Shown: piece after piece, positions 7,701 to 14,136 of the stretch | How the letters are laid out: every line of letters starts with the position of its first letter | How positions within the stretch are numbered: the first letter of the stretch is position 1 | Assembly (NCBI GenBank): GCA_034722435.1 | Contig: JAYENX010000059.1 | Location: forward strand, 11,131 to 25,266 | Source of the DNA: Nanobdellota archaeon | Lineage (GTDB): Archaea > Nanobdellota > Nanobdellia > Woesearchaeales > JAHWHD01 | Direction of reading: 5' to 3' | Length of the DNA stretch: 14,136 nucleotides | Position numbers and translations under genes: made by a program | The notes under the pieces: generated by a model | Databases searched by the model: none | The model's input: the letters and a program-made list of their open reading frames with translations, nothing else | Told to the model about the DNA's origin: nothing

Positions 7701-8752
7701 ATGGGTTGACAGGATTGTTTGAAATTTCGCAAAATGCAATTGGACCAATATCTGAGAATTGTAATGGTGTGGATGATGATTGTGATGGTTCAATTGATAA
7801 TGATTTGGATCCTGGATTAAACACTAATCAGGAAGGTGTGTGTGCAGGTTCAACTAAAGAATGTATTGATGGTGGATGGGAGAATTATTATAGCGATATT
7901 GAAGGTTACGAGGTTCCAGAAGAAAGTTGTGATAATCTTGATAATGATTGTGATAGTGTGATTGACGGTTTAAGTAGGTCTTGTTATACTGGTCCTGCAG
8001 GTACTGAGAATATAGGTTTATGTAGAAGCGGTACCGAGACGTGTCCTGAAGGTCTTAAGACTTTATCAAGATATGGACGGTGCGAGGGAGAGATTATTCC
8101 TGGTGAAGAGGTTTGTTGGAATGGTGTTGATAATTCTGGAAATGGATTAGATGAAGATTGTGATGGTACGTTAGATAATGGTTGTTCTGTATCGCCTGGT
8201 GCTAGTAGTATAACTGTTCATGTTTTTAATAGTACTAATCCTCCTGAATATATTGCTCAAGCAGAAGTTGAGGTTAGATCTGGAGTGTCTTATGTATACA
8301 CTGGTTTAACAAATACAACTGGAGGAATTACCTTTACAGATTTAGATGCTAGGGATTATATTATTACTGCTACAAAACTAGATTATACTCAAGATTGGAA
8401 ATCTAGAACTTTAGCAACTGGTGAAGATATATTTGTTGATATGGAGATTGATAAGGATTATGGTGTTGGATGTTTTGGTTGTGTGAAAGCTGGAGTTGGA
8501 CTTTGTGATTGGGCTTGTAGAGGTACTTGTGCAACTATGTCTAGAGATTGTGATGGGTATGAACCAGGTTCTCAGTATATGGATTATGCAGGTAATCTGG
8601 TGAATTGTACAACAAGTTGTAAAGCTGAACGAACTATTTTTACGAAGGAGCTTGAAGTTCAGACTGATCTTGAAAATGTGGTTCGGACAGAAACTATTGT
8701 AATAATCGATGGCATACCTTACAAAATGGTGGTGCTTACTTATGCGAAATAA
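4799..8752 (+). CDS. Giant (1317 aa) secreted Cys/Asp-rich surface protein or putative adhesin: unique aromatic-rich N-domain, about 8-9 full or partial PF11617-like motifs, three copies of a ~130-aa His-triad domain, a carboxypeptidase-regulatory-like beta domain and a pilin-like C-terminus
   Basis: Signal peptide MKKLFIFGICIFVLLVLSMNVFA. Repeated YYxDxDxDGY...DCxD...NPG...ExC(N/D)GxDxxC...DE. SSITVHVFN...GLTNTTGGITFTDL..RDYIITATKLDY (about 8204-8449) resembles CarboxypepD_reg (PF13620). At least 8 N-x-S/T sequons. No C-terminal TM helix is visible. Confidence 0.9.
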   Translation: MKKLFIFGICIFVLLVLSMNVFAAEEVIEYLSGSNSFTFYSVGDRVWRSHTLFKMGRDWQNIRSCTGALSVQHQSIGAVSSAFNYHWTGTYFYESPDITAYNAGGGYGISYKYYTHMIPVLSKNYASSYNQMWVTSVDRLGDGYLYMVLWDASAIGGRWHVVNYNWNCQSVQYRYYRDADADGYGNPSVSVVAPSRPAGYVDNKLDCNDGNFNVKPGAIEICNGIDDNCVNGVDEGGICPTLTYYCDNDNDGYISDVISGTCASFNCVPAGCVEVQGSDCDDTLFAINPGVNELCDGIDNNCVNGVDEENAADCINYYEDTDLDGYGENVRCMCAPEDPYNVLQGGDCMDTFDLVNPGMPEACDWVDNDCDGEVDENCGGACTVRETCETNENDIFHIHNVIDGHAELNNETNFDWKVCCVNITSSIVYGQEEILGFSDSTEAHVEVNTETNFPFRLYLDAPDGALDCIYSTVCAAPNVCVAGISPGDTELHVGTCDNQDNKVCCDFVPLIGACSIRTDCEVTENDLFHISDLVDAHAGLNTETELEYKVCCEGIVSSTVSGQNEVLGLSDVTDAHIEKNTEFNYPNRIFLSAETGVLDCYYSNVCELPSACVIGIAEGDTNTHAGSCASYDEKLCCDLTECIDVDRDGYSVEGGLCGPVDCDDTNPNINPGKADVCNGIDDDCNVTTVDGSGEPAPLNSLQNGVCTGSRQVCNGVVGWQGDYGIPNYEIVESLCDGLDNDCDGDADEVCDVCSVKSSCYAIEYEILNFDKRRDAHVELPSYPNFNNVLCCRDVDYSIISGDQKVLGLSAENDAHVQKEFVETYVVDFYLDSQIPGMAVNCSYRDTCVGVEFCVLSLSAGDTDLHVASCEPAESFTTKLCCEHVVGCDDFDGDGYGIGDDRAGCVNGDAIDCDDDTSDDPVGCPLDSASCTVATQDCAICIYPGYQNITDVFGYGDVGRCQVQMDTCNGLTGLFEISQNAIGPISENCNGVDDDCDGSIDNDLDPGLNTNQEGVCAGSTKECIDGGWENYYSDIEGYEVPEESCDNLDNDCDSVIDGLSRSCYTGPAGTENIGLCRSGTETCPEGLKTLSRYGRCEGEIIPGEEVCWNGVDNSGNGLDEDCDGTLDNGCSVSPGASSITVHVFNSTNPPEYIAQAEVEVRSGVSYVYTGLTNTTGGITFTDLDARDYIITATKLDYTQDWKSRTLATGEDIFVDMEIDKDYGVGCFGCVKAGVGLCDWACRGTCATMSRDCDGYEPGSQYMDYAGNLVNCTTSCKAERTIFTKELEVQTDLENVVRTETIVIIDGIPYKMVVLTYAK
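5936..7447 (+). repeat. Three copies of a ~130-aa domain (about 5936-6319, 6332-6715, 7049-7447)
   Basis: Copies 1 and 2 are exactly 396 nt (132 aa) apart at their first Cys (5942, 6338). All copies share [DE]xH[AVI], LG(F/L)S...AH[VI], GDTxxH[AV] and two xxCC ends (KVCC, KLCC, VLCC). Confidence 0.9.
8728..8734 (+). promoter_or_regulatory. Putative ribosome-binding site GGTGGTG inside the upstream gene
   Basis: Lies 7 nt before ATG8742. Confidence 0.5.
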
Positions 8753-9224
8753 GAAAGGGTTTAGCATTTTTACACTTGATTCGATTGTAGCTGTTTCTAT
8801 AATTGCAGTGGGTATTATACTTGTATTCTTCAGGATAAGTGCTTTTGAACCCGTACAGAAGCCAACGCTTGATGCTGGTCAGAACTTTTTTACATTTATA
8901 TCAAAAGTTAAAATGGAGAATGCGCAGATTGGTATAGTTCCCGGAGTTAATCCTGAACTTCTCGTAATTGAACAGCTTGGTGAGTTTTATCATAAAGGGG
9001 ATGTGGTTGCAGCTGTTATGTTATTAAATTTGTTAGGTGATAAAATTATATCGCCTGATTTGGGTGTTCAGATTAATATTGATGATCCTCCTGTACTTAT
9101 ATACGGCTCAGAACCGCCTGAAGATGTTACATTACTTATCCCTTTTAGAAAGATTGTGTATGGGTCAATTGGTAAAGGTGATTTTTATTCATATGTTGTT
9201 GAGGTGTTGGTTTGGCAAAAATGA
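8742..9224 (+). CDS. Type IV pilin-like (class III signal peptide) protein, probable minor pilin
   Basis: Start moved from 8709 to ATG8742, giving MRNKKG^FSIFTLDSIVAVSIIAVGIILVFF: a basic N-region, Gly at -1 and a hydrophobic helix. It overlaps the upstream stop by 11 nt and ends in a beta-strand (YSYVVEVLVWQK). Confidence 0.8.
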   Translation: MRNKKGFSIFTLDSIVAVSIIAVGIILVFFRISAFEPVQKPTLDAGQNFFTFISKVKMENAQIGIVPGVNPELLVIEQLGEFYHKGDVVAAVMLLNLLGDKIISPDLGVQINIDDPPVLIYGSEPPEDVTLLIPFRKIVYGSIGKGDFYSYVVEVLVWQK

Positions 9225-10270
9225 ATAAGAAAGGTATGCTTTTTTCAATCATGGCAGTTATCTTAATAGCTTTTTTTATATCTTCAATACCGCCTCCGCA
9301 AGAAGCGTTTATAGGTGATAATGGTCCGGATCTTCTTAAAGTTGAAAGTTTGAATAGTTTAATTCTTGATTTGGATAGTGCTTATTTAGATAGTTTATTG
9401 GTTGCAATTTCTGAACAAGCCATTAATGCATCTATTGAATATGTGTATAGAAAAGAGGATAATGTTATTGATGTGGATGAGACTTTTTTTGATGTTTTAA
9501 TCAATGGTACGATAGAAGACGATATTTATTTGCAAAATGCTTTGCCTGAACGAATGGATGAGCTTGCTGATTTTATATATTTAGTTGAAGGGGTTGATTT
9601 TGTTTATAATATACATAATGTTGAACTTTATCAACAAGATGTTTGGGATTTAGAAGTAGTTCTTAACATGAGCTATGCAATAAAATCTAACGTGGCAGTA
9701 TGGGGTAGAACTATTTTAGTTAATTCAACAGTCGATATTAGAGGGTTTCAGGATCCTTTGCTTAAAAGGTTAGGTGTTAATAGGACAATTAATAATTTTT
9801 TTGAAGATAATGTTGAGACTAATTGGTACTCTGAGCCTGAAAATATCTGGACATATGATCGTTTTAAAGAGATGTTTTCTTCATCGTTAGTAGCGCCCAG
9901 TACTGGAGCGCCTGATTTTTTGGACAGGTTAAGAGGTGATTTTGATTCTGATTCTGTATATGGATATGAAGGGTTTTTGAATGCTAGTGATGTTGATACT
10001 TTAATTTCTTTAGGTGTTGATGTGGATATGCATGTTGACCATCTTTATGATGAAAAGAAGTATGCCTATATATTTGATGATTCTGATACAGGTTATCTTC
10101 AAGATTTTAAAAAACCACCTTATGAATTTTTAATACATGATTCAAGATTGAATGATTATAATCTTTGTGATAAAGATATAGTAATGCCTGCAGACCCAAT
10201 TGGAAGTCCTGGAGATAGGGAATGGGCAGATGCTTGTCCTAACTATGGAAATCCTTATTATCCTAGATAA
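9212..10270 (+). CDS. Larger type IV pilin-like (class III signal peptide) glycoprotein-like protein
   Basis: NKKG^MLFSIMAVILIAFFISS. The start is either TTG9212 (GAGGTG at 9201-9206) or ATG9221 (ATGA overlap with the upstream stop). Six N-x-S/T sequons (NAS, NGT, NMS, NST, NRT, NAS). The DPL...NRTI and APxFLxRLxG segments recall DPANN pilin-cluster proteins (from memory, unverified). Confidence 0.75.
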   Translation: MAKMNKKGMLFSIMAVILIAFFISSIPPPQEAFIGDNGPDLLKVESLNSLILDLDSAYLDSLLVAISEQAINASIEYVYRKEDNVIDVDETFFDVLINGTIEDDIYLQNALPERMDELADFIYLVEGVDFVYNIHNVELYQQDVWDLEVVLNMSYAIKSNVAVWGRTILVNSTVDIRGFQDPLLKRLGVNRTINNFFEDNVETNWYSEPENIWTYDRFKEMFSSSLVAPSTGAPDFLDRLRGDFDSDSVYGYEGFLNASDVDTLISLGVDVDMHVDHLYDEKKYAYIFDDSDTGYLQDFKKPPYEFLIHDSRLNDYNLCDKDIVMPADPIGSPGDREWADACPNYGNPYYPR

Positions 10271-10454
10271 TTATATGGTTTTTAGAAAGGGTTAACATTT
10301 AAATGAATAATAAATTATGTTCTGTGGAAAGTTTTTTGTTCAAAGTTGTTGAGTAATAAATTAAGATATCTGTGCATTATAATTAATCGCTTTTTATGTA
10401 TTATGATAGATAATGTTTTCGCTGTGCTTTTTTATTAAACTTTAATTAATCACT

Positions 10455-11477
10455 TTAAATAAGTCCTGCGAAGATTAGTGCAAGACCTTCTGAAAATATT
10501 AAGAATAAACCAACAGATCCTAGTATGAATAATGGGATGTATTTAATACCGCCAATTATCTTTTCTTTGCTTATTATTGAGATTATCATTGAAGAGAATA
10601 ACGAAATAACCATAATGGCAAGGTATGAAAATTTCTTAAATTCCATGGGGTCAATACTTAAGTTCGTAATAGCTGAAAGAATTGATAATGAACCGAATGA
10701 TGCAGCCCCTCCCGGGATAACTATTTTAGCTGCTATTTTTGAAACTATAAGTAGAAGGTTGTAAGATAGAGCGAATAAAAATGGTGCGATTACCACTACT
10801 ATACTTGTGATGAAAATTACATAAGATAATGAAGCAGCTTGCATTTCTTTTTTTAGATAAATAGTTTGTTCAATATTTTCTACAACTCTGTTGATTATAT
10901 TAGCAAGTTCACCACCTGACCTAATACCTTCAATTATCAAGTCAATAGCTCTGTTAAGTATTAATGAATCGTATTTTTGGCTGAATTTACGTAAAGCGTC
11001 GCTAAGATCTTTACCTGTTGTTACTTGTTTAGCAGCGAGTTTAATTTCTTTTGTTAGGATACCAAATTCAGGGGTAGCACCTTCCCATAAAGCTTTATTT
11101 ATTGTCATACCTGATTCAAGGTTACTTGAAACAATGCTTAAGTAATCGGGAAGTACTTTTTCTATTTCTTTAGTACGTTTATAGTTGATCAGGTTATAGT
11201 ATTGAATATATGCGAATATTGCAATACCTATAGATATCACAATAAAAGCTGTACTTTTGAAAATGTGTTGTAACACGCTAAAGTTTTTGAATACTGTAAA
11301 TAATAAAATTGTGTCAATAATGATTGCTGCAAGAATGGCTGTTATGAATATTATTCCTATATGGTAAAATGGTGTTCTATATATTCCTCTTTTTTCAAAG
11401 AAACGTGATACTTTTAATTCTAGAAAGTTGGGTACTACAAATCTTCCTAAGACTGTTATGGTGTGTTTTAGTTTCAT
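10455..11477 (-). CDS. Type II secretion system F-family membrane platform protein (TadC/FlaJ-like)
   Basis: T2SSF signature IEKVLPDYLSIVSSNLESGMTINKAL...FGILTKEI...G.LA, with multiple TM helices on both sides. 4-nt ATGA overlap with the upstream gene. Confidence 0.9.
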   Translation of the reverse strand: MKLKHTITVLGRFVVPNFLELKVSRFFEKRGIYRTPFYHIGIIFITAILAAIIIDTILLFTVFKNFSVLQHIFKSTAFIVISIGIAIFAYIQYYNLINYKRTKEIEKVLPDYLSIVSSNLESGMTINKALWEGATPEFGILTKEIKLAAKQVTTGKDLSDALRKFSQKYDSLILNRAIDLIIEGIRSGGELANIINRVVENIEQTIYLKKEMQAASLSYVIFITSIVVVIAPFLFALSYNLLLIVSKIAAKIVIPGGAASFGSLSILSAITNLSIDPMEFKKFSYLAIMVISLFSSMIISIISKEKIIGGIKYIPLFILGSVGLFLIFSEGLALIFAGLI

Positions 11478-12340
11478 ACTATCACGGATTTTCTTTGGTT
11501 TTTATATAATGATAGGAACATTGCTTGTAAAAGTGCAAGGAAAAAAATTACAATAAGTAAATCGTTGAAAGTTATTTGGAGATTGATAAGGCTTGACATT
11601 ATGGTTGCCATTGCAATTCCTATAGATGGTACGACAACTCCAACAACAAGATAAAAAAGTGTGAGAGAGTTCATTTTTTTACTATATCTTTTGATATTTA
11701 TTTCTCCTTCGCCTGTTAACTCTTTGATAAACCTGTTCATGGCAGTACTAATATCTGTACCGATCTTTAGAGAGTTTTGCATCTCTAGTAAGATTTTAGT
11801 AAGATTGTCGGAAGGGCTTCTATCTATAGCTCTTTGTAAAGATTCGGGGATTCCCGTGCCTACTTTGATATCGTCAACTATTTCTTCAAACATGATACCT
11901 GCAGTATGGTATGAAGGGATAGCAACTTTTGAGAGCGTGTTCACTAATGTTTCTCCTGAATCGATAGAGATAAGTATATGTCTTACAAGGTATAGAAGTT
12001 GTCTGTCTATTTCTCTTTTAAGTTTTAAACTTATTACATCGGGCATTCTTAGGAAGAACCAAAATAAGAATATGAATAATACAGTGAAGCTTAACGGAAT
12101 TAAATAATAATATTGCCCTAATCTAACAATGAAAATAGATAGGATGAATGTAAGTACTATTGATAACTGTACAGAAAAAAGCAATCCTTTTTTGAAATAT
12201 TCTTCTGCGTTATATTTTGATCGGGATTTTGCTAATTTTTTTTTTAGTTTAGGGAAATATTTTCTAACTATTTCTATGATAAATAGGTTTGGTTGTTTTT
12301 TTTTTTTACGCTTTTTTTTATTAAGAAAAGATAATTTCAT
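11474..12340 (-). CDS. Type II secretion system F-family membrane platform protein (TadB-like)
   Basis: Two N-terminal TM helices; REIDRQLLYLVRHILISIDSGETLVNTL...FEEIVDDIKVGTGIPESL; C-terminal TM helices. Sits between the ATPase and a second T2SSF gene. Confidence 0.88.
   Translation of the reverse strand: MKLSFLNKKKRKKKKQPNLFIIEIVRKYFPKLKKKLAKSRSKYNAEEYFKKGLLFSVQLSIVLTFILSIFIVRLGQYYYLIPLSFTVLFIFLFWFFLRMPDVISLKLKREIDRQLLYLVRHILISIDSGETLVNTLSKVAIPSYHTAGIMFEEIVDDIKVGTGIPESLQRAIDRSPSDNLTKILLEMQNSLKIGTDISTAMNRFIKELTGEGEINIKRYSKKMNSLTLFYLVVGVVVPSIGIAMATIMSSLINLQITFNDLLIVIFFLALLQAMFLSLYKNQRKSVIV
12296..12319 (-). repeat. Homopolymer tracts A12 (12296-12307) and A8 (12312-12319) on the coding strand near the start of the TadB-like gene; A10 also at 12236-12245
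   Basis: Read directly as T runs on the + strand. They encode KKKRKKKK and KLKKKL. Confidence 0.85.
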
Positions 12341-13800
12341 TTTTGATAATATTTTGCCATTATAAGACCTATTTCGTTAACATCAGATATTTTTTTCTTG
12401 ACTAAATCTTTTAATATATTCATTTTGTCTATTTGATCTTTTTTTATCTCTTGTGGTGTGAATCCCGTATATAGGTTAAGAGTGTCCATGAATGTTTTTG
12501 AACGGTTCATTTTTCTGAATATGTCTCGTTTAGGGTCGTGTTGAATTAGAACGTTGGCGTCTCCAGTTTCGAGAATTTCTGCAACTTGTAAAGTTCTTCT
12601 AATTCCTGTACGTCTATTTCTGTTTTGGATGAGGAGTAGTGATAATGCAGGAAGGACTGCTTTAGGAAGGGCAATAGGGGGATTGGTAAGTCTTGATATT
12701 GTTTCTTTTGCATTGTTAGCGTGTAGCGTGCCGTATACTGAATGGCCTGTTTGCATAGCTTCCATAAGTACTTCTGCTTCTTTTTTTCTTCTTATTTCTC
12801 CCACTATAATTCTATCAGGTCTCATTCTTAATGAGTTTACAACAAGGTCGAGCATTGTAACTCCTCCCTTACCTTCAGGGTTTGGTTCACGAGTTTGCAT
12901 AGGGACCCAGTGTAAGTTTTTCGGAAGTGTAATTTCTCTTGTATCTTCAATACTGATTATTCTTTGGTTTGGTGGGAAAAAGTTTGCAATAGCGTTAAGC
13001 ATGGAAGTTTTTCCTGAAGCTGTACCTCCTGAAACTATTGTTGAGAGTTCGAATTGTACACCTTGCCAGATTATGGCTGCCACTTCAAAGCTTAATGTTT
13101 TGGCGCTTAAGAAATCTGTCATGCTCCAAGGTTTTCTTCTAAATCTTCTTATTGTGATGGTATTTCCAAAGTCCGAGATAGGTTTCAAAGTAGCATTTAC
13201 TCTGTCACCTGTTAATAAGTGTGCATCGAGAAGAGGTTTTAAGACGGTTATCTCTTTACTAATGTCTTTAGCTATCATGGTTGCATAATGACGAATCATG
13301 TCTTCAGATTCTACTTTAATGTTAGTTTTTAACCAGCCATGTTTTTTATGGTAGACCCAGATAGGTTCTTTTGAACTGTTGATGACAATTTCTTCAAGAA
13401 ATCCGTCTTTAAGCAGTGTTTCGATATCTCCTAATCCTAGATCTTGTTGAATAATGTAGTGAGTGAGTAGTTTGTGTGAATTTTCGTTAATGTTTGGAAA
13501 ATATCTTGTAAGTAGGTTTCCAATATCTTTTTTGAACCTTTCTTTAAGTGATAATGCTTCTTCAGATTCTGTATATTTTATATGTCCTAGTTTTATTTCT
13601 GATACGAATTCATCACGAATTTTATCAAGAATTATTTGTGTAGCTGGACTGATATTTGTTATAGTTACCTTATAAGTAGGGACAAAGTCTCCTACTTTAT
13701 TGAATATGTTTACACGTACTTCAATATCGTTTACCTTGACAGTGTAAGCATCAAGCATCTTTAAAGATGTATTTTTTTTTATGTTTATCTTTTTTTTCAT
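12337..13800 (-). CDS. tadA: Type II/IV secretion (Tad/T4P) assembly ATPase, CpaF/TadA/VirB11 family
   Basis: Walker A SGGTASGKT, Asp box IISIEDTRE, LRMRPDRIIVGE (Walker B), His box TGHSVYGTLHAN, plus LEEIVINS and GDRVNATL..I....TITIRRF. Directly upstream of two T2SSF genes. Confidence 0.95.
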   Translation of the reverse strand: MKKKINIKKNTSLKMLDAYTVKVNDIEVRVNIFNKVGDFVPTYKVTITNISPATQIILDKIRDEFVSEIKLGHIKYTESEEALSLKERFKKDIGNLLTRYFPNINENSHKLLTHYIIQQDLGLGDIETLLKDGFLEEIVINSSKEPIWVYHKKHGWLKTNIKVESEDMIRHYATMIAKDISKEITVLKPLLDAHLLTGDRVNATLKPISDFGNTITIRRFRRKPWSMTDFLSAKTLSFEVAAIIWQGVQFELSTIVSGGTASGKTSMLNAIANFFPPNQRIISIEDTREITLPKNLHWVPMQTREPNPEGKGGVTMLDLVVNSLRMRPDRIIVGEIRRKKEAEVLMEAMQTGHSVYGTLHANNAKETISRLTNPPIALPKAVLPALSLLLIQNRNRRTGIRRTLQVAEILETGDANVLIQHDPKRDIFRKMNRSKTFMDTLNLYTGFTPQEIKKDQIDKMNILKDLVKKKISDVNEIGLIMAKYYQK

Positions 13801-14136
13801 CTCATATCAAGACTCTTTAATTTGATATCGTTATCAACAATCATGAGTTCTTCTTTTAGAATATTCTTAGAAATTTCATCTAGTTTGATTTTTTTGAGTT
13901 TAGATTTAATATCTCTTAAATATTTTTTTGCTTCTTTAAGTTGTTTTTTCTTGATAAGTTGTCTGCAAATAAATATCCTCTTGTTAATCTGTTGTTTATT
14001 GTTGAGACTTGTGGGAATCTTGAATGAAATCTTTTTAGGTTTTCTTTTAACTTTTTTCTTTTTGATAGGTTTTGGTTTAGTTTTCTTTATAATTGGTTTT
14101 ATTTGTTTAGTTTTTTTGATTATTGGTTTTTTATTT
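13797..14136 (-). CDS. 5'-truncated, extremely Lys-rich hypothetical protein coupled to the ATPase (absent from the ORF track)
   Basis: My translation from 14135 downward is open for 112 codons: NKKPIIKKTKQIKPIIKKTKPKPIKKKKVKRKPKKISFKIPTSLNNKQQINKRIFICRQLIKKKQLKEAKKYLRDIKSKLKKIKLDEISKNILKEELMIVDNDIKLKSLDMR*. Its TGA (13799-13797) forms an ATGA overlap with the ATPase start, the same junction used by the next two genes. Confidence 0.8.
   Translation of the reverse strand, partial: NKKPIIKKTKQIKPIIKKTKPKPIKKKKVKRKPKKISFKIPTSLNNKQQINKRIFICRQLIKKKQLKEAKKYLRDIKSKLKKIKLDEISKNILKEELMIVDNDIKLKSLDMR

Noticed and set aside
8411-8767. 118-aa minus-strand ORF
   Set aside because: Antisense to the well-supported 3' end of the 1317-aa gene, with no motif.
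9037-9228. 63-aa + strand ORF in an alternate frame
   Set aside because: Almost wholly overlaps the pilin-like gene, which has the RBS and class III signal.
10525-13675. + strand ORFs 10525..10764, 10891..11145, 11661..12107, 12129..12365, 12554..13288 and 13463..13675
   Set aside because: Antisense shadows of the clearly identified T2SSF and ATPase genes. Even the 244-aa one has no recognisable motif.
10271-13800. Recent inversion creating the convergent layout
   Set aside because: The minus-strand genes show A/C-ending codon bias matching their current strand, which implies long residence in this orientation. No flanking inverted repeats were seen.
10455-13800. Archaellum (FlaI/FlaJ) motility operon
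   Set aside because: There are two separate shorter T2SSF genes instead of one FlaJ, and no FlaH, FlaF/G or archaellin genes are in the window. A Tad/T4P-type system fits better, though the upstream context is unseen.
1-14136. Alternative genetic code (TGA=Gly/Trp, as in Gracilibacteria/Absconditabacteria)
   Set aside because: TGA ends several genes at ATGA overlaps, and long ORFs read through under code 11 with TGG for Trp.

Overview
Low-GC, genetic-code-11 window (TGA is used as a stop) that most resembles a DPANN archaeon of the Woesearchaeota/Pacearchaeota type. That assignment is an inference from the protein families, archaeal-type class III signal peptides, GGTGA/GAGGTG ribosome-binding sites and many N-x-S/T sequons. 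The window has two convergent blocks. The + strand (1-10270) carries an array of secreted surface or adhesin-like genes: a 5'-truncated Cys-rich protein with four 99-105 nt tandem repeats, a modular CBM-like/Ig-like/PF11617 protein, two paralogous phage-tail-fibre-like (GxVGIGT-repeat) proteins with an identical 34-nt start, a 1317-aa Cys/Asp-rich protein with three copies of an unnamed His-triad domain, and two type-IV-pilin-like proteins. The - strand (10455-14136) carries a translationally coupled Tad/T4P-like assembly operon: a 5'-truncated Lys-rich protein missed by the ORF track, a CpaF/TadA/VirB11-family ATPase, and two T2SSF (TadB/TadC-like) membrane proteins. Working hypothesis: a type IV pilus-linked host-attachment locus with modular, diversifying adhesins. 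No RNA genes, CRISPR arrays, transposases, recombinases or reverse transcriptases were seen. Family assignments come from motif recognition, not database searches.
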